A DNA stretch of 64,000 nucleotides, taken from assembly GCA_964035545.1 (NCBI GenBank), contig OZ037768.1, forward strand, positions 14,579,675-14,643,674, in the 5' to 3' direction. The position numbers and the translations under genes were made by a program. A model generated the notes under the pieces. That model was not told where the DNA came from. It worked only from the letters and a program-made list of their open reading frames with translations, and made no database searches. This document shows, one piece after another, positions 62,001 through 64,000 of the stretch (the first letter of the stretch is position 1; each line of letters opens with the position of its first letter). This DNA comes from Bugula neritina (Eukaryota; Animalia; Bryozoa).

Positions 62001-64000
62001 AACACATTGGAATATACTGCAACATACCGAAATATATGGTAACCCCACTGAATTATGTTACAAACTACTGAAATATACTGCAATATACTGCGACACATTG
62101 AAATATACTGCAACATACTGAAAGTTACTGCAACATACTGGATTATACTGTGGCCTACTGAATCACATTGTAACATTTTGAAATATGATGTAACACACTG
62201 AAACATACTGCGACATACTGAAAATTACCGGAACATACTGGAATAAACAGAGACACGCTAAATTTTTATGCAACATATTGAGAGATACTGCAATATACCG
62301 AAGTATACTGTAACATATTGAAATATGCTGTAGCATACCTAACCACACTGCAACATACTGCACCCTACTGAAGCACACTGCCAAACTTTGAAATATACTG
62401 CAACATACCGAAATATATGGTAACCTACTGAAAAATGTTGCAAACCACTGAAACATACTGCAACAAACTGCAACAAAATGAAATATACTGTAACACACTG
62501 AAACATACTGCAAAATACTGAAATATACTGTAACATACTAAAACATACTGCGACATACTGAAATATAATACAACATACCGAATTACACTCCAACATACTG
62601 AAATAAACTTCAACATACTGAAATATACCTAAAAACAATGAAACATACTGAAATACACTGTAAGATACTGAAATACACTGCACCACATTAAAATATACTG
62701 CAACATACCAAAAAATATGGTAACCTACTGAAATATGTTACAAACTACTGAAACATACTGCAACATACTGCAACATAATGAAATATACTGCAACATACTG
62801 AAAGATACTCCTAGATACTGCAACATACTGAAATACATTGTAAGAGACTGAAATACACTGCAACATACTGCATTATACTGCAACATACTGCAACATATTG
62901 AAATACACCGTAACATATTGAAAAACACTGCAACACATTGAAATATACTGCAACATACTGAAACATACGGCAACATACTGAAATATACTGCGACACATTG
63001 AAATATACTGCAACATACTGTAATATGCTGTAGCATACTGAAATACACTGCAACACACTGAAATATACTGTAATATACAGAATATTACTGTAACATACTA
63101 AAACATGCGACAACATATTGAAATATAATGCAACACATTGAAATATACAGCAACATGCCGAAATATATGGTAACCTACTGAAATATGTTGCAAACTACTG
63201 AAACATACTGCAACATCCTGCAACAAAAACGAAATATACTGTAATACACTGAAACATACTGCAAAATACTGAAATTAACTGTAACATACTAAGACATACT
63301 GCAACATACTGATATATAATGCAACATACTGAAATATACTGCAACATACAAAATACAGTGCAACACACTGCAACATACTGAAATATACTGTATCATATTG
63401 AAATACACTGCAACATACTGCATTATACTGCCACATATTGAAATACTCTGTAACATATTGAAAAACACTGCAACACATTGAAATACACTGCAACATACTG
63501 CAACAAACTGAAATACACTGTAACATCTTGAATTACACTGCAACACTTTGAAATATACCGCAACATACCGAAGTATATGGTAGCCTACTGAAATATACTG
63601 TAACACATTGAAATATACTGCAACATACCGAAATACACTGCAACACACTAAAGTATACTGTAATAAACAGAAATGTGCTGTAACATACTGAAACATGCGG
63701 CAACATACTGAAATATACTGCGACACATTGAAATATACTGCAACATACTGAAATGTGGTGTAGCATACTGAAATACACTGCAACACACTGAAGTATGCTG
63801 TAATATACAGAAATGTACTGTAAAACACTGAAATATATTTCAACATACAGAAAACTACCTAAAAGTCTTGAAACATACTGAAATACACTGTAACATACTG
63901 AAATACACTGCAACACATTGGAATATACTGCAACATACCGAAATATATGGTAACCCCACTGAATTATGTTACAAACTACTGAAATATACTGCAATATACT
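56068..64000 (+). repeat. Second copy of the 20058-bp-offset segmental duplication (continues past the window end)
   Basis: TAATCAAATATACTGCCACA occurs at 36033 and 56091. The translations are identical except at one site (38557 A vs 58615 C). Confidence 0.96.

Larger units (their letters stand above)
1..64000 (+). repeat. Tandem satellite array: 10-bp monomers ACTGCAACAT/ACTGTAACAT and ACTGAAATAT/ACTGAAATAC forming a 20-bp dimer, with complex higher-order structure; runs off both window ends
   Basis: The ACTG core recurs every 10 bp throughout and stays in register in the 10-column display, apart from sparse 1-3 bp shifts. I saw no unique sequence and no large inversion. The consensus dimer ACTGCAACATACTGAAATAT is 9A/5T/4C/2G (30% GC). 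Confidence 0.99.

Noticed and set aside
184-63994. Hundreds of minus-strand ORFs encoding Cys/Tyr/Val-rich 'proteins'
   Set aside because: They overlap in all three frames with the same peptide motifs, follow a 10-bp (non-triplet) period, are broken by frameshifts and show no recognisable domain. They are satellite translation artefacts.
1-64000. Telomeric repeat or canonical CENP-B box
   Set aside because: I saw no TTAGGG-type G-rich repeat and no TTCG....A..CGGG match.
1-64000. Transposon insertion or large inversion within the array
   Set aside because: There is no non-satellite sequence, terminal repeat or target-site duplication. Orientation is constant and inverted matches are at most about 10 bp.

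Overview
The whole 64 kb window is one uninterrupted, single-orientation, AT-rich satellite DNA array, most likely eukaryotic heterochromatin or (peri)centromere. I cannot identify the organism. It is built from two related 10-bp monomers, A = ACTG(C/T)AACA(T/C) and B = ACTGAAA(T/C)A(T/C), which mostly alternate as a 20-bp dimer. I find no credible gene, RNA gene, transposon or CRISPR array. The many minus-strand ORFs are a by-product of the monomers lacking stop codons on that strand. Above the monomer there is no single fixed higher-order repeat (HOR). Instead there is a nested mosaic of variant cassettes and duplications at offsets of about 140, 229, 870, 1181, 1891, 1911, 2541, 3135, 4348, 7691, 9762, 17453-17473 and 20058 bp. 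The most unusual signal is that many recurrent variant monomers create dyad symmetry. These include a landmark cassette carrying GGTAACC plus an inverted copy of the A monomer, and an allele series ending in a perfect palindrome. Several duplication breakpoints fall at or beside that landmark. Block boundaries were estimated by eye from diagnostic variants and ORF-track offsets, so they are approximate.
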